From assembly GCA_963677745.1 (NCBI GenBank), contig OY782391.1:992001-1056000 (forward strand): a stretch of DNA of 64,000 bases, given 5' to 3'. Shown here piece by piece: positions 41,218 through 51,152 of the stretch (position 1 is its first letter; each line of letters opens with the position of its first letter). The notes beneath the pieces were generated by a model. The model was not told where the DNA came from. It saw only the letters and a program-made list of their open reading frames with translations, and searched no databases. Both the position numbers and the translations under genes were made by a program. The DNA comes from Candidatus Altimarinota bacterium (lineage in GTDB: Bacteria; Patescibacteriota; Gracilibacteria; UBA1369).

Positions 41218-42645
41218 ATGCTCATTACCCAGAACCTGCAATACGACTATTCCGGACAGCATCTGTTCGAAAACGTCAGCGTGTCTTTGGACAGCGCGGC
41301 CAAAAAGCGGGTGGCCATCGTCGGCAAAAACGGCTGCGGCAAGACCAGCCTCCTCAAGCTGCTGGTCGGGGAGGCAGAGCCCACGCATGGCAGTGTCAGT
41401 TGTTCGCGGGAAATTATCGGTTATCTCAAACAGGAGCCGGATTTCGCTGACGAGACCAAACTGGTCGGTGAATTTCTGGAAAGCAAACTGGAAGAGGACT
41501 GGATGACTTACAAACTGGAAATGGTTCTGGATGAGGTGAGTCTCCCTCTCGACATTCAGCTTTTGCCTTTGGATAAACTGAGCGGCGGCCAGCGCATGCG
41601 CATCGCCCTGGCTGAAGTACTTTTGAAAGAGCCGACTATACTGCTTCTGGACGAACCTACCAATCATCTGGATACCGCTTCCATCGAATGGCTGGTCGGT
41701 TTCCTGAATAACTTCAGCGGTACGGTGGCTTTTGTCTCCCATGACCGCACCTTCATCAATCAGGTGGCCAACCAGATCTGGGAAATCACCGCCGACCGCA
41801 ACATCGAGGTCTACGGGGTGAAATATGATCAGTATCTGATCGAGCGCTATGAACGTTATCTGAAAAAGCTGGCCGCTTTCGAACTCAGTCAGCGTGAAAT
41901 CCGCGAGCTGCAGGACTGGCTGCGCGCCAATGCCAATCATCCCAAGTATAAATTTACGGCTACCGTGGCCCAGCGCAAAAAAGCCCTGGAGCGGATGGAA
42001 GTCAAAGCTCCTCCCGAACCGATGGCCGATCCTCGCGTCAAAATGCATCATCTCAGCAAAGACCAGTCCGGCACCGTGCTGTCGGCTAAAATCCATGAAA
42101 AATCCTTCGGTGACCGTAAAATATTGACCAATCTGGAATTCAAAATTCACGCCGGGGAGCGCTTCCTGATCCGCGGTCCCAATGGTTCAGGCAAAACCAC
42201 GTTGATGAAAATTCTGGCCGGTGAGGACAAGGATTTCGATGGACAACTGGTCTATAAACAAAATCTCAAAATCGGTTATCTTCAACAGTTCAGCTCTCTC
42301 GATCCCGGGGAAACGGTAATCGATCAATTCAGTTCGCGCACTCAGACGGAATACACGCTGGCCCGCAGTATCCTGTCCAAGTATCTGTTTCCGGCCGAGT
42401 TTATGGACGATAAAATCAAAAATCTCAGTTTCGGCCAACAGCGCCGTCTGGAACTGGCCATCCTGCTTACCCGCAAACCTGATTTGCTGCTGCTGGACGA
42501 GCCCACCAACCATCTGGACATCTTCCTGCGCGAGGATTTGGAAAATTTTTTGATGCAACAGGAAGTAGCCATGTGCATCATTTCCCACGACAGTTATTTC
42601 CTCAATAAAATCGGGATTGCTCAGATTGTGGAACTGACCGTCTGA
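41218..42645 (+). CDS. ABC-F family ATPase
   Basis: Two ABC domains (GKNGCGKT, LSGGQ, LLLDEPTNHLD; GPNGSGKT, LSFGQ, DEPTNHLD) and no TM; likely start ATG 41218. Confidence 0.93.
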   Translation: MLITQNLQYDYSGQHLFENVSVSLDSAAKKRVAIVGKNGCGKTSLLKLLVGEAEPTHGSVSCSREIIGYLKQEPDFADETKLVGEFLESKLEEDWMTYKLEMVLDEVSLPLDIQLLPLDKLSGGQRMRIALAEVLLKEPTILLLDEPTNHLDTASIEWLVGFLNNFSGTVAFVSHDRTFINQVANQIWEITADRNIEVYGVKYDQYLIERYERYLKKLAAFELSQREIRELQDWLRANANHPKYKFTATVAQRKKALERMEVKAPPEPMADPRVKMHHLSKDQSGTVLSAKIHEKSFGDRKILTNLEFKIHAGERFLIRGPNGSGKTTLMKILAGEDKDFDGQLVYKQNLKIGYLQQFSSLDPGETVIDQFSSRTQTEYTLARSILSKYLFPAEFMDDKIKNLSFGQQRRLELAILLTRKPDLLLLDEPTNHLDIFLREDLENFLMQQEVAMCIISHDSYFLNKIGIAQIVELTV

Positions 42646-44555
42646 ACGCTGCTCTGATCGGATTGTTTCTCCTCCAGCCGGTACCGGTCTTTAATGCTTT
42701 CCCAAATTTCCAGGGTATGGAGTTTTGGTTCCATGATATCTTCGTATTTCAGCAGTCCGATTTGCATGAGGGTGGCAATATTTCTCAGATTTACCGCTCC
42801 CAGATAAGCCAGTTTTTGCAAACCCGACTTGGCCAGTTTTTCCATCAGAATATCCTGTTCCAGATAAACGGTATCTTTGGTGTTGGGCAAATAGCCGGTG
42901 CGATCGGACAACTCAACCCCACTGAAAATTCTTCTCACTCTGGGTATCAGCATTCTTACGGCTTTTTGTGCTTCTTCCAAAAACTTTTGTTTTTCCAGCG
43001 GATTGTTTAAATCATATTTGGCCCTGATTCTGGAAAGCTCCACTCCATAGGCAGCCTTGAAACAATCCAGGAAATCTCCTCCCTGCTGTTTTCTTTTCAT
43101 GGCCAACAAATAGTAGCTCGCTATGGGCCGGCGATAACCAAAAATCTGCTGAATCAGTTTGTCCTCATTGTAAACGGCGCCGCCTTCCGACATCAGATGT
43201 CCGCGGTCCCCGCCCACAATTTTGAATAATCTCAGGGGGATCCTGGCTTTATTTTCATGCTGTATTACATGTCCTTCGATTTCATGTCCCACGGGCACCA
43301 GCAGACCTTTGATCAGATCGCGTTTGGTGTTGGAGGAATCCAGTACAACTTTTTGTTTGGGATTGATGGCCAGTGTTTTGCGGTCTGCCCTCAAGACATA
43401 TCGCCATTTGTTGTCGGCGGCGGGTGTGGTCTGGGATTTTAAATAGTCACCGCTTTCATCGCTGCTCAGCAGTCCGTATTGGGCCAGCACCTCATCCCCC
43501 CATTTTTTCCGTTGATCGGGAGTAATATTTTCGGCCAGCACCTTTTCCGGATCCAGTCCCTGGGCCAGAATTGAGTTTCTCTGAACCACCGCGAAATCCT
43601 TGTTGGCATCCAGTACCGACAGAACTTTTTCCTCAATTTCCCGGCTGATCTGATTATAATCTCCTTTCGGATCCAGCTCTCTGGATGCTCCGAAAACAAA
43701 TTTGTCCAATACCGCCTGGGTTCTGGGTCTGTTCTTTGTGCCCCAGATCAGGGTCAGAATTTCCCGCTCGGCCGGATCCAGTTTTTCTTCGCCGATTTTT
43801 TCCGCTTTCCCCTGTAATTTAAGCAGCGTGGAATAAAAATTGGCCAGCTGTTCATTGATTCTGGCCAGGTACATCTGCAGAACGGCCTTTTTGGCCTTCA
43901 TCAGACCGGACAAAGGGGGGAGCAATTCGCGTTTTTGTCTGAGCAGGGACTTCTTGATGGATCTTAATTTTTTCAATTTGCCCAGCGTTACCTGGGGATC
44001 AAAAACCAGTCTCACCGACGCGGGATAAACCATGTTTTCCAGAGCGACGTTTCCCTGCTCGTCCAGGGTGGAAAGTATCTGGGATTCCATCTGCTGTTCG
44101 GAATAATTTTGGGCGGTGGAAGAGACGGTATCCAGCATTTTCTCATCCATCAAACTCAATTCCGGAATTTTTGAGTAAAACAGTATTCTTAATCCGTCCA
44201 CGTCTTCCGGCATCGCAACGTCGGGAAAAAGTTTTGCGAATTCCACTTTGCCCGCCTCGGTAAAAAAATAACCCAAATTGAAAGTTTCGGAGCGCGCTTT
44301 CATAGTAGCGGCTTGCTCCATCTCCGCCCCGAGAGGATTTTCAAATTCCAGCAATTCCTTTCTCTCTTCATCCGACAGCTGCAGTGTCTCGGTTGTTCCG
44401 TCAATAATTTGCCGGATATCCTGTATCTCCGCTTCCACGCTGGCCGAAGGTCTTTCCCGGTACAGATGGCGGGGCTGTCCGGATTCGGGCTGAGTGTCCG
44501 TCCGGTCGGTCAAATTTTGGGCTGAAAGATCTGCAGTCGAAAGATCGGTTGTCAT
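42621..44555 (-). CDS. Putative DUF1704/MATCAP-like HExxxH metallopeptidase
   Basis: GHEIEGHV followed by SEGGA and a late KDxVY motif; long helical N-terminus. Confidence 0.6.
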   Translation of the reverse strand: MTTDLSTADLSAQNLTDRTDTQPESGQPRHLYRERPSASVEAEIQDIRQIIDGTTETLQLSDEERKELLEFENPLGAEMEQAATMKARSETFNLGYFFTEAGKVEFAKLFPDVAMPEDVDGLRILFYSKIPELSLMDEKMLDTVSSTAQNYSEQQMESQILSTLDEQGNVALENMVYPASVRLVFDPQVTLGKLKKLRSIKKSLLRQKRELLPPLSGLMKAKKAVLQMYLARINEQLANFYSTLLKLQGKAEKIGEEKLDPAEREILTLIWGTKNRPRTQAVLDKFVFGASRELDPKGDYNQISREIEEKVLSVLDANKDFAVVQRNSILAQGLDPEKVLAENITPDQRKKWGDEVLAQYGLLSSDESGDYLKSQTTPAADNKWRYVLRADRKTLAINPKQKVVLDSSNTKRDLIKGLLVPVGHEIEGHVIQHENKARIPLRLFKIVGGDRGHLMSEGGAVYNEDKLIQQIFGYRRPIASYYLLAMKRKQQGGDFLDCFKAAYGVELSRIRAKYDLNNPLEKQKFLEEAQKAVRMLIPRVRRIFSGVELSDRTGYLPNTKDTVYLEQDILMEKLAKSGLQKLAYLGAVNLRNIATLMQIGLLKYEDIMEPKLHTLEIWESIKDRYRLEEKQSDQSSVQTVSSTI

Positions 44556-44654
44556 TGGCGGGTGACGATAAAAAATAATCCAATAATTATACCATAAATG
44601 AACCGGGAGACCGAACCATTTTGATTAACTTCAATGTTATTGGAAAAGCAAATT

Positions 44655-46151
44655 TTACCGAACCAGCATTGTCACCGTTTCAGTATGGTAGGTTTGGCTG
44701 AATTGGTCAATCGCCTGGACAAACGACAGACGAAAACCCCGGGCCAGTAGCATATTCAGGTCCCTAGCCAGGGAGCGGGGATTGCAGGAAACATAAATAA
44801 GGCGGCGCGCGGCGGTGGCGGCGATTGCTTCAATGATTTTAGCGGTCAGACCGGCCCGGGGCGGGTCAACGACGATCAGATCCGCTGACGCGCCCATTTC
44901 CGGCAGCAGTTTATTGACGTCTCCCACCATAAAATCGATATTTTTAACTCCGTTCAGCGCGGCGTTCCGCCGCGCATTCTCCACGGCCGGGGCATTCAGT
45001 TCCAGACCGGTAACGCGCCCGTGGCCGTCTAGCGCTTTAGCCAGACTTATTCCTATGGTTCCGGTACCGCAAAACAAGTCGAATACCCGCTCTTTTCCGG
45101 TCAGGGAGGCCAGTTCGGCCACCAGTGAATAAATCCGTTCGGCCTGCCGGGTATTGGGTTGCAAAAAGGCCTGTGGCGCGACTTCAAAACGCAGCGCGCC
45201 GGAAGGCAGATTTAAAAATTCATCAAAAGTTGGCTTGCCCCACATCAGTGTTTCATGGAGGGTGTTGGGTTGCCCCTTTTTATTGGTCATTCTGGTCAGA
45301 TAGACAGAGACCAGTTTGTCTTCGATTAGGCTTTCTCTTTCGCGGAAAAATTTGCGCACCAGTTCCGAATATTCTACCGACCATTCCGTCTCGGCATTTT
45401 CCACCACCAGATTCACCAGCACTTCCCGGCTGTTGGTACCGGCGCGCACGATCAGTGATTTAAAAGTGCCCTCGGAGCCGAGCTGGCAGCTCTGCAAAAA
45501 CGGGCGCAAATGATCCAGAAATTCTCCCACCCAGGGTCGGAACAACAGACATTCATGAATTTCCGTAACGTCATAATAACGCCCCTTCATATGCAGTCCG
45601 ATATGGCGTTTTCCCTCCCGGTCAGACGTAATACTGAAATCCATTTTATTGCGGTAGCCCCAGGGGCTTTCGGCGGCCATGATCGGTCTCCAGACTTTCT
45701 CCAGTTTCGTTTCATCAATTCCGGCAGTTTTAATTAGTGAATTCCAAACCTCGTCCGCTTTGATTTTTAGTTGGTCCTCGTATTTCAGAAATTGCCAGGT
45801 ACAGCCGCCGCAATTGGCGGAAAGATCTGGGCGGCCCTGCGCATCAACAGTTTGAGGTTCCCCCAGCTCATTCAGCCTAACGCCAAAATGCGGACATTTC
45901 GGTTTGGCGCGCTGCGGGGAAAGTTTAATATATTTTTTAACAAAACCGCGGGTCACCCCCCGTCTGGTGGAAGATAATTCAATCTCCACTTCATCACCCG
46001 GAGCAACGCCCTCGATAAAAACAGTCAGCCGGCGCGGCGACCCGTCCTTCTCCAGCCCGTTTTCCAGATGCACCACTCCGGGCCCGTCAAAAACCACCTT
46101 TTCCACTGTCACCGCAACCCGGTCACCTTTTTTAAAAACCTGTTGATTCAT
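44655..46151 (-). CDS. rlmD: 23S rRNA (uracil-5)-methyltransferase RlmD/TrmA family
   Basis: TRAM domain, CPHF...CGGC..Q, YRNK, FLQPN, DLFCGTGTIG, VDPPRAG, YVSCNP. Confidence 0.93.
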   Translation of the reverse strand: MNQQVFKKGDRVAVTVEKVVFDGPGVVHLENGLEKDGSPRRLTVFIEGVAPGDEVEIELSSTRRGVTRGFVKKYIKLSPQRAKPKCPHFGVRLNELGEPQTVDAQGRPDLSANCGGCTWQFLKYEDQLKIKADEVWNSLIKTAGIDETKLEKVWRPIMAAESPWGYRNKMDFSITSDREGKRHIGLHMKGRYYDVTEIHECLLFRPWVGEFLDHLRPFLQSCQLGSEGTFKSLIVRAGTNSREVLVNLVVENAETEWSVEYSELVRKFFRERESLIEDKLVSVYLTRMTNKKGQPNTLHETLMWGKPTFDEFLNLPSGALRFEVAPQAFLQPNTRQAERIYSLVAELASLTGKERVFDLFCGTGTIGISLAKALDGHGRVTGLELNAPAVENARRNAALNGVKNIDFMVGDVNKLLPEMGASADLIVVDPPRAGLTAKIIEAIAATAARRLIYVSCNPRSLARDLNMLLARGFRLSFVQAIDQFSQTYHTETVTMLVR

Positions 46152-46160
46152 GTAAAATAT

Positions 46161-46532
46161 TTATGCCGCTGAAGTGCCCTCACGTCCGTAGCTGTCTTCC
46201 AGCCGAACCACATCATCCAGATGGGGAGTCGACACTTCAAACACATCACAGTCTTCCAGCGCGATCATACGATGTGTTTGTCCGGGCACGATATGAAAAG
46301 CATCACCTGCTTTCAGTAAAATTTCCGTCAGTGCTCCATCTGAAGTTCCAACGACCAAAGTCATCCGCCCCTGAAACACCAGCACGGTCTCTTCCTTGAT
46401 CTGATGATATTGCAATGAAAGTTTCTGGCCTTTTTTGATATGCAAAATTTTGCCGACATAGTCCTTGGTATGGGCCCAAATCAACTCGTGTCCCCAGGGT
46501 TTTTCGACCCGTTTAGTAATTTGTTCGCTCAT
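46161..46532 (-). CDS. Cupin domain protein (mannose-6-phosphate isomerase type II C-terminal-like)
   Basis: KPWG, LSLQYH..KEE, HR, DDVVRLED.YGR. Confidence 0.85.
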   Translation of the reverse strand: MSEQITKRVEKPWGHELIWAHTKDYVGKILHIKKGQKLSLQYHQIKEETVLVFQGRMTLVVGTSDGALTEILLKAGDAFHIVPGQTHRMIALEDCDVFEVSTPHLDDVVRLEDSYGREGTSAA

Positions 46533-46553
46533 GATATTCGTACGATGGTTGAT

Positions 46554-47051
46554 TTATCGGTAATTTTGGAAAGTCAAAGTTGCTCCGACCTCCTCTTCCT
46601 TGTCTCGTAAATAACCGATTACGGTCTGCAATTCGTCTTTGTCTTTGGCCGATACGCGCACCGCATCACCCTGGATGGAACCTTTGGCTTTAAAGCCTCC
46701 GTCCTTGATCAGAGCCGAGATTTTTTTACATTTTTCCTGAGTCAGGGCTTTCACCAGTTTTACTTCCAGTTTGAACTGCATCCCGCCTACCGGTTTAATT
46801 TCACCTTTATCCAGAATGCGCGGGGACTGTTTGCGGTTAATTACTTTTTGCAGCAGCAAATCCCAGACCTGTCCGACCTGCATTTCACTGCCGGCCACCA
46901 CTGTGATCAGATCGTCGCCCAACTCCACCGTGGCATTGCTGCCGCGGAAATCATAACGTGTAGAGATTTCCCGCTTCACCTGGTCCACTGCATTGCGCAC
47001 TTCCTGCAGATCAAATTGGGAAACGATATCAAATGAAAATTCCGATGCCAT
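46554..47051 (-). CDS. yajQ: YajQ family nucleotide-binding protein
   Basis: SFDIVS, NAVDQ, RYDF, SIQGDAVRVS, DELQ, FQNYR. Confidence 0.95.
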   Translation of the reverse strand: MASEFSFDIVSQFDLQEVRNAVDQVKREISTRYDFRGSNATVELGDDLITVVAGSEMQVGQVWDLLLQKVINRKQSPRILDKGEIKPVGGMQFKLEVKLVKALTQEKCKKISALIKDGGFKAKGSIQGDAVRVSAKDKDELQTVIGYLRDKEEEVGATLTFQNYR

Positions 47052-47143
47052 ATTTTCTTTGATTAAATTATCGCCGCCATCTTAGCACAAAAGCTGAAAA
47101 GTCATATTGAAAATTGTCGGTCTTTGGCATAAGGTAGCTCTCG

Positions 47144-47623
47144 ATGCATATCCAGATTATCCAAGTCGGCAAAACCAAGAATAATTTCGTCCGGGAGGCC
47201 GAAAGGGAATATCTGATGCGGCTGGAAGGCTCTACTAAAGTTGAGGTTGTCACCCTTCGTGAATCCCATATTGACGAATCGGCCAATAAACAGCTTCGTT
47301 CCAAGGCCGTGGAAGCTGAAGGAAAAGCTATTCTGGAAGCTCTTCCCAAGCAGTCATTTCTGATTGTTTTGGACGAGCGGGGAAAATCTATGGATTCACT
47401 GGAATTTGCCCAGCAGCTCAAAAAAATCCGCGACTTCGAAGGCGGTAAAATCACAATTGTTATTGGTGGTCCTTTCGGTCTGTCCGATCACGTCAAATCC
47501 CGTGCCAATCTGCTTCTCAGTTTCAGCAGTTTTACCTTTACGCACGAAATTATCCGTATGCTTTTGCTGGAACAGTTGTTTCGAGCCTTTACCATTCTGC
47601 AGAATAAAACTTATCATTATTGA
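47144..47623 (+). CDS. rlmH: 23S rRNA (pseudouridine1915-N3)-methyltransferase
   Basis: VGK, LDERGK, IGGPFG, TFTHE..R..LLEQLFRA..I...YH. Confidence 0.95.
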   Translation: MHIQIIQVGKTKNNFVREAEREYLMRLEGSTKVEVVTLRESHIDESANKQLRSKAVEAEGKAILEALPKQSFLIVLDERGKSMDSLEFAQQLKKIRDFEGGKITIVIGGPFGLSDHVKSRANLLLSFSSFTFTHEIIRMLLLEQLFRAFTILQNKTYHY

Positions 47624-49233
47624 TGAAGCGGAAAATTATCACAGCACTGGTTGCTTTTGTCCTGACCTTTGCCGCCGGGATTTTGTTGATGAGACTGGTG
47701 GAAACTCCCCAGACTCTGCAGGGCGATTTGCTGACGCCTCCCAAGACTTATTTTTCCCCCGAACGTAAAATTTCCGCCGCTATTCTTTCCCAGAAAGATA
47801 CCAAAGTTCCCGAACTGAACCGCCGCAATCTTTCACATGCCGCGATTTCTCTGCTCACCAACCTCAAAAAAGATCAGCAATTTGATCAGATTATTATCAT
47901 TCTGGATCCCGCCGTTCCTTCCGACCAGGAAGATCTTTTCTGGGAACAGGCCAAATTCGATTTTCCCCAGGCCCGCTACCAGGTCATCAAACCGTCCGCC
48001 GATCGTACTGAAGTGGATTTGTATAAGGAACTGAAAACCCTCCAGACCCCCGATACGCTTTATATTCTGCACAGTTATCTCAATTATACAGATTTTGACG
48101 AAGGGCTGCTGGAGTTGCAGAAAGCCCATTACAAAGACGTGTTCGGCAATCTGTCCAAATCCGCCCTGCTCACACTGCCTTTCACCAATGCCGAAGCTCT
48201 CAAAGCTGTCTATCAGCTGGCCAAAGACTCAGGCTCACTGAAAGCCCTACCCACCCTGGAGGACGGTACTTATGAATATCAGATCAAATATCTGGCCGAA
48301 GGTTCCGGCAGTCCCGGCGAAAAAGCCAATCTGACCTTTTTCGGGGATCTTATGCTGGGGCGGCATGTGCGCGTACTGATGGACCGCTACGGTCAGGATT
48401 ATCCGTTTCAGGAAATGGACCGGGCTTATCTGCAAACCAATGATCTGCTGATTGCCAATCTGGAAGGTCCTGTGGCCGAAAAAGCCATCCAAACCAGCAA
48501 ATCCATTGCTTTTCGTTTCCTGCCGGACGTTGTGCCCCTGCTGAAGAAATATTATTTTGACGCACTTTCCTCCGCCAACAATCACACTTTTGACATGGGG
48601 GCCCAAGGGCTGGAAGACACGTTCCGCCTGCTTCCGGAAGGTGGCCTCACTTCGTTCGGCCACCCCCGCGACCTGAACGAGCAATCCGTCGCCCTGCTCA
48701 CCGTAAACGGCCGCAAAATCGCCCTGCTCGGACTCAACCACACCGATTTCAAATTGGACAAAGCTGCCGTCACCACCCGCATCACCGAACTGCGCGACCA
48801 GGGCTATCAGGTTATTCCTTATATTCATTGGGGAGTGGAATACAAACACACCCCCACCACCGAACAGGTAGATCAGGCTCATGCCTTTGTGGACGCCGGA
48901 GCCATTGCCGTGGTGGGTATGCATCCGCATGTGGTTCAGAGCATTGAAATCTATAATAACGCACCCATTTTCTACTCTCTGGGCAACGCTGTCTTTGACC
49001 AGTATTTTTCCCAGGATACTCAGGAAGGCTTAAGTTTCACCATGCGTCTCACGCCGGAGGAAATGCAGATATATCTCTCTCCGATTAAAATTGAACAAAG
49101 CCAGTTCCGTCTGATGCTTCCGGACGAACGCACAAAATTCCTGCAAAAATTGGCCGACTGGTGGAGATATGACCAGGCAACAAAAGATCAGATTTTAAAA
49201 GGAGAAATTGTAATAAAACTCCCAAAAAATTGA
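47620..49233 (+). CDS. CapA-family (PGA_cap) metallophosphatase-fold protein with N-terminal anchor and extra domain
   Basis: FGDLMLGR, NLEGP, ANNH.FD.G, HWGVEY, GMHPHVVQ, YSLGN..FDQ. Confidence 0.88.
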   Translation: MMKRKIITALVAFVLTFAAGILLMRLVETPQTLQGDLLTPPKTYFSPERKISAAILSQKDTKVPELNRRNLSHAAISLLTNLKKDQQFDQIIIILDPAVPSDQEDLFWEQAKFDFPQARYQVIKPSADRTEVDLYKELKTLQTPDTLYILHSYLNYTDFDEGLLELQKAHYKDVFGNLSKSALLTLPFTNAEALKAVYQLAKDSGSLKALPTLEDGTYEYQIKYLAEGSGSPGEKANLTFFGDLMLGRHVRVLMDRYGQDYPFQEMDRAYLQTNDLLIANLEGPVAEKAIQTSKSIAFRFLPDVVPLLKKYYFDALSSANNHTFDMGAQGLEDTFRLLPEGGLTSFGHPRDLNEQSVALLTVNGRKIALLGLNHTDFKLDKAAVTTRITELRDQGYQVIPYIHWGVEYKHTPTTEQVDQAHAFVDAGAIAVVGMHPHVVQSIEIYNNAPIFYSLGNAVFDQYFSQDTQEGLSFTMRLTPEEMQIYLSPIKIEQSQFRLMLPDERTKFLQKLADWWRYDQATKDQILKGEIVIKLPKN

Positions 49234-49303
49234 TTTAAAATAATAGAAAACTATAGTTGCAATCGAAGCCACAAATTAAATAGAAAAAATAGCAAGAACG
49301 ACA

Positions 49304-49864
49304 ATGAGAAAACATTTATCAATACTTATTCCGGTTTTTTCAATATTTGCCCTTACCGCCTGTCAGGCCGGACTTCCTGCCGAACGTCCCCTCAATCAGG
49401 GCGACCGGCCCCGGGTAACTTATAACACTCAGCCGGTGGAGGAGGTTTTTCCGGTACTTAATGTCACTCAAAAAGACCAGAAGAGTGAATTCAAAATGCG
49501 CAGCCAGACCTCCCGATATCTGAACTCCTCCAATACAGAACTGGAAATTACACTTTCCAGTTCCGCTGTGGCTTTTTGTAAAAATGAAGCACCCACCCTT
49601 AAGGAAGGGGAAGAACAATTAAAGTTCATCATCAAATCCAAAGACGGCAAAACACCGGTCGGCAAGACGGAATTCGCCAAAAACGAAGCTTATGAAATTT
49701 CCATAATGCGCAAGACTCCGACCCTCGATACCAAAATTCCCGCTGACTCACTTGAGAGCTTCAAAATCACCGATCTCAATAATGCCATTGTCCGCGGCCA
49801 CCTCAAAATCGCTGCAACCGATCTGACCATCGAAGGTGAATTCTTTACGGCAATCTGCAAATAG
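49304..49864 (+). CDS. Hypothetical lipoprotein
   Basis: Lipobox LTA|C. Confidence 0.75.
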   Translation: MRKHLSILIPVFSIFALTACQAGLPAERPLNQGDRPRVTYNTQPVEEVFPVLNVTQKDQKSEFKMRSQTSRYLNSSNTELEITLSSSAVAFCKNEAPTLKEGEEQLKFIIKSKDGKTPVGKTEFAKNEAYEISIMRKTPTLDTKIPADSLESFKITDLNNAIVRGHLKIAATDLTIEGEFFTAICK

Positions 49865-49904
49865 TCCCGGGCAGCCACTCTGTTCGGTAAACCCCAGACT
49901 GCTG

Positions 49905-49932
49905 TTGACAAAATGCAGCAATTATTTAAAAT
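49905..49932 (+). promoter_or_regulatory. sigma70-type promoter
   Basis: TTGACA-16 nt-TAAAAT upstream of ATG 49955. Confidence 0.6.
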
Positions 49933-49954
49933 GCGCTCTTATATTTAAATTGCC

Positions 49955-51148
49955 ATGACCCTGAAACCTCCGGAACTCAACCTGACCGAAACCAGAAACC
50001 GTGTTGAGTCCGATCAGTATCAGACCGGTATCAACGAAACCTGCGCCATGAGAGCCCGCACCCGCGGTGCCCTCAGTCGGTTTTTGATAGATAACCGTCT
50101 CGGTCAACTTCTGACTCAAATTGGTGTTTTTACCCATCCCACCCTCAAGGAAAAAGATTTGCGGGAAGAGGCAATCCGCACACTGGCCGGCCTGTTTCAG
50201 GAAGTCGACCCGGATTTAACAGAGCCGGATGCCCGGCTGCTGGTTCTGGGAGAAAGAGATTTTCAACCCAAAAAGCCGCAGGAAGTCGTATTGGAAATCC
50301 AGATCGAACACCGGCTTTTCTGGGGCAAATTACTGAATCAACATCAGGAATATCCCTACAATAAACTTGCCGAATGTTACGATTTGAAGGCCAGGGATTT
50401 TGAGCAGCCGGAAGACTATAAAAGTGAAGAAAACAGACACCAGTTTGCGGAACTTTTTGAAAGAGTATTGCAGGAAAAAGAATATGTCTTTATACGTGAT
50501 GAATGCCTGAAAAAGATTAAAGAGGGAGATTGGGCAAGCCTGATCGGGTTTGTTTTCCAGAACTATCCCGACCCGCCGATTACCCCGCTAATCCGGGAAT
50601 TTTTTGGGAATTGGGGTCACCGCATCTTTAAACAGGAAGGATTTCGCAGCCAGTTGGTAAATTATATGATTAATCTGCTGGTTACCGATGGCCAGCAAAA
50701 CTTTGATCAATTTGACGCTTTTCTTTCCTCGCTGGGTTTGGATTTGTCCGCTTCCAAGGAGAAAGCTGCCCTGAGCGATGCGGAATTTCCTTCTGCTGCC
50801 ATGGAAAATCTCTGGTTGAGGAACAGGGAGGACTTCTTCCGCGTCATCGAAAAACTCTACTGTATCGGACTGCTCTCGGAACAATATCAGGCTAAGGCGG
50901 AACTGCAGAGAAAATTTGTTGAATACACATTGTTGGCCTTGCACGGAATGGCCGATCATCAATTCTTCGTGAGACATCTGAGGCCTCTGGCCGCCAGTCT
51001 GGAAATGTTCGACGAGTCGCAACTGCGTTTGAGCGAAAGACACGTCTTATACGGCGCTTATGTTGATGCGGGCATGCTCTGCGGCAAGCAGCCCTTGCCG
51101 GAGCTCAGGGAGATCTACCGGAGGCGGAGGAAGACTGAAGATATCTGA
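49955..51148 (+). CDS. Hypothetical protein
   Basis: 397-aa ORF with own promoter; no recognisable motif. Confidence 0.75.
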   Translation: MTLKPPELNLTETRNRVESDQYQTGINETCAMRARTRGALSRFLIDNRLGQLLTQIGVFTHPTLKEKDLREEAIRTLAGLFQEVDPDLTEPDARLLVLGERDFQPKKPQEVVLEIQIEHRLFWGKLLNQHQEYPYNKLAECYDLKARDFEQPEDYKSEENRHQFAELFERVLQEKEYVFIRDECLKKIKEGDWASLIGFVFQNYPDPPITPLIREFFGNWGHRIFKQEGFRSQLVNYMINLLVTDGQQNFDQFDAFLSSLGLDLSASKEKAALSDAEFPSAAMENLWLRNREDFFRVIEKLYCIGLLSEQYQAKAELQRKFVEYTLLALHGMADHQFFVRHLRPLAASLEMFDESQLRLSERHVLYGAYVDAGMLCGKQPLPELREIYRRRRKTEDI

Positions 51149-51152
51149 GCGC

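Noticed and set aside
41218-42645. Antibiotic-resistance (ARE) ABC-F assignment
   Set aside because: The subfamily cannot be determined from motifs alone; it needs HMM classification.
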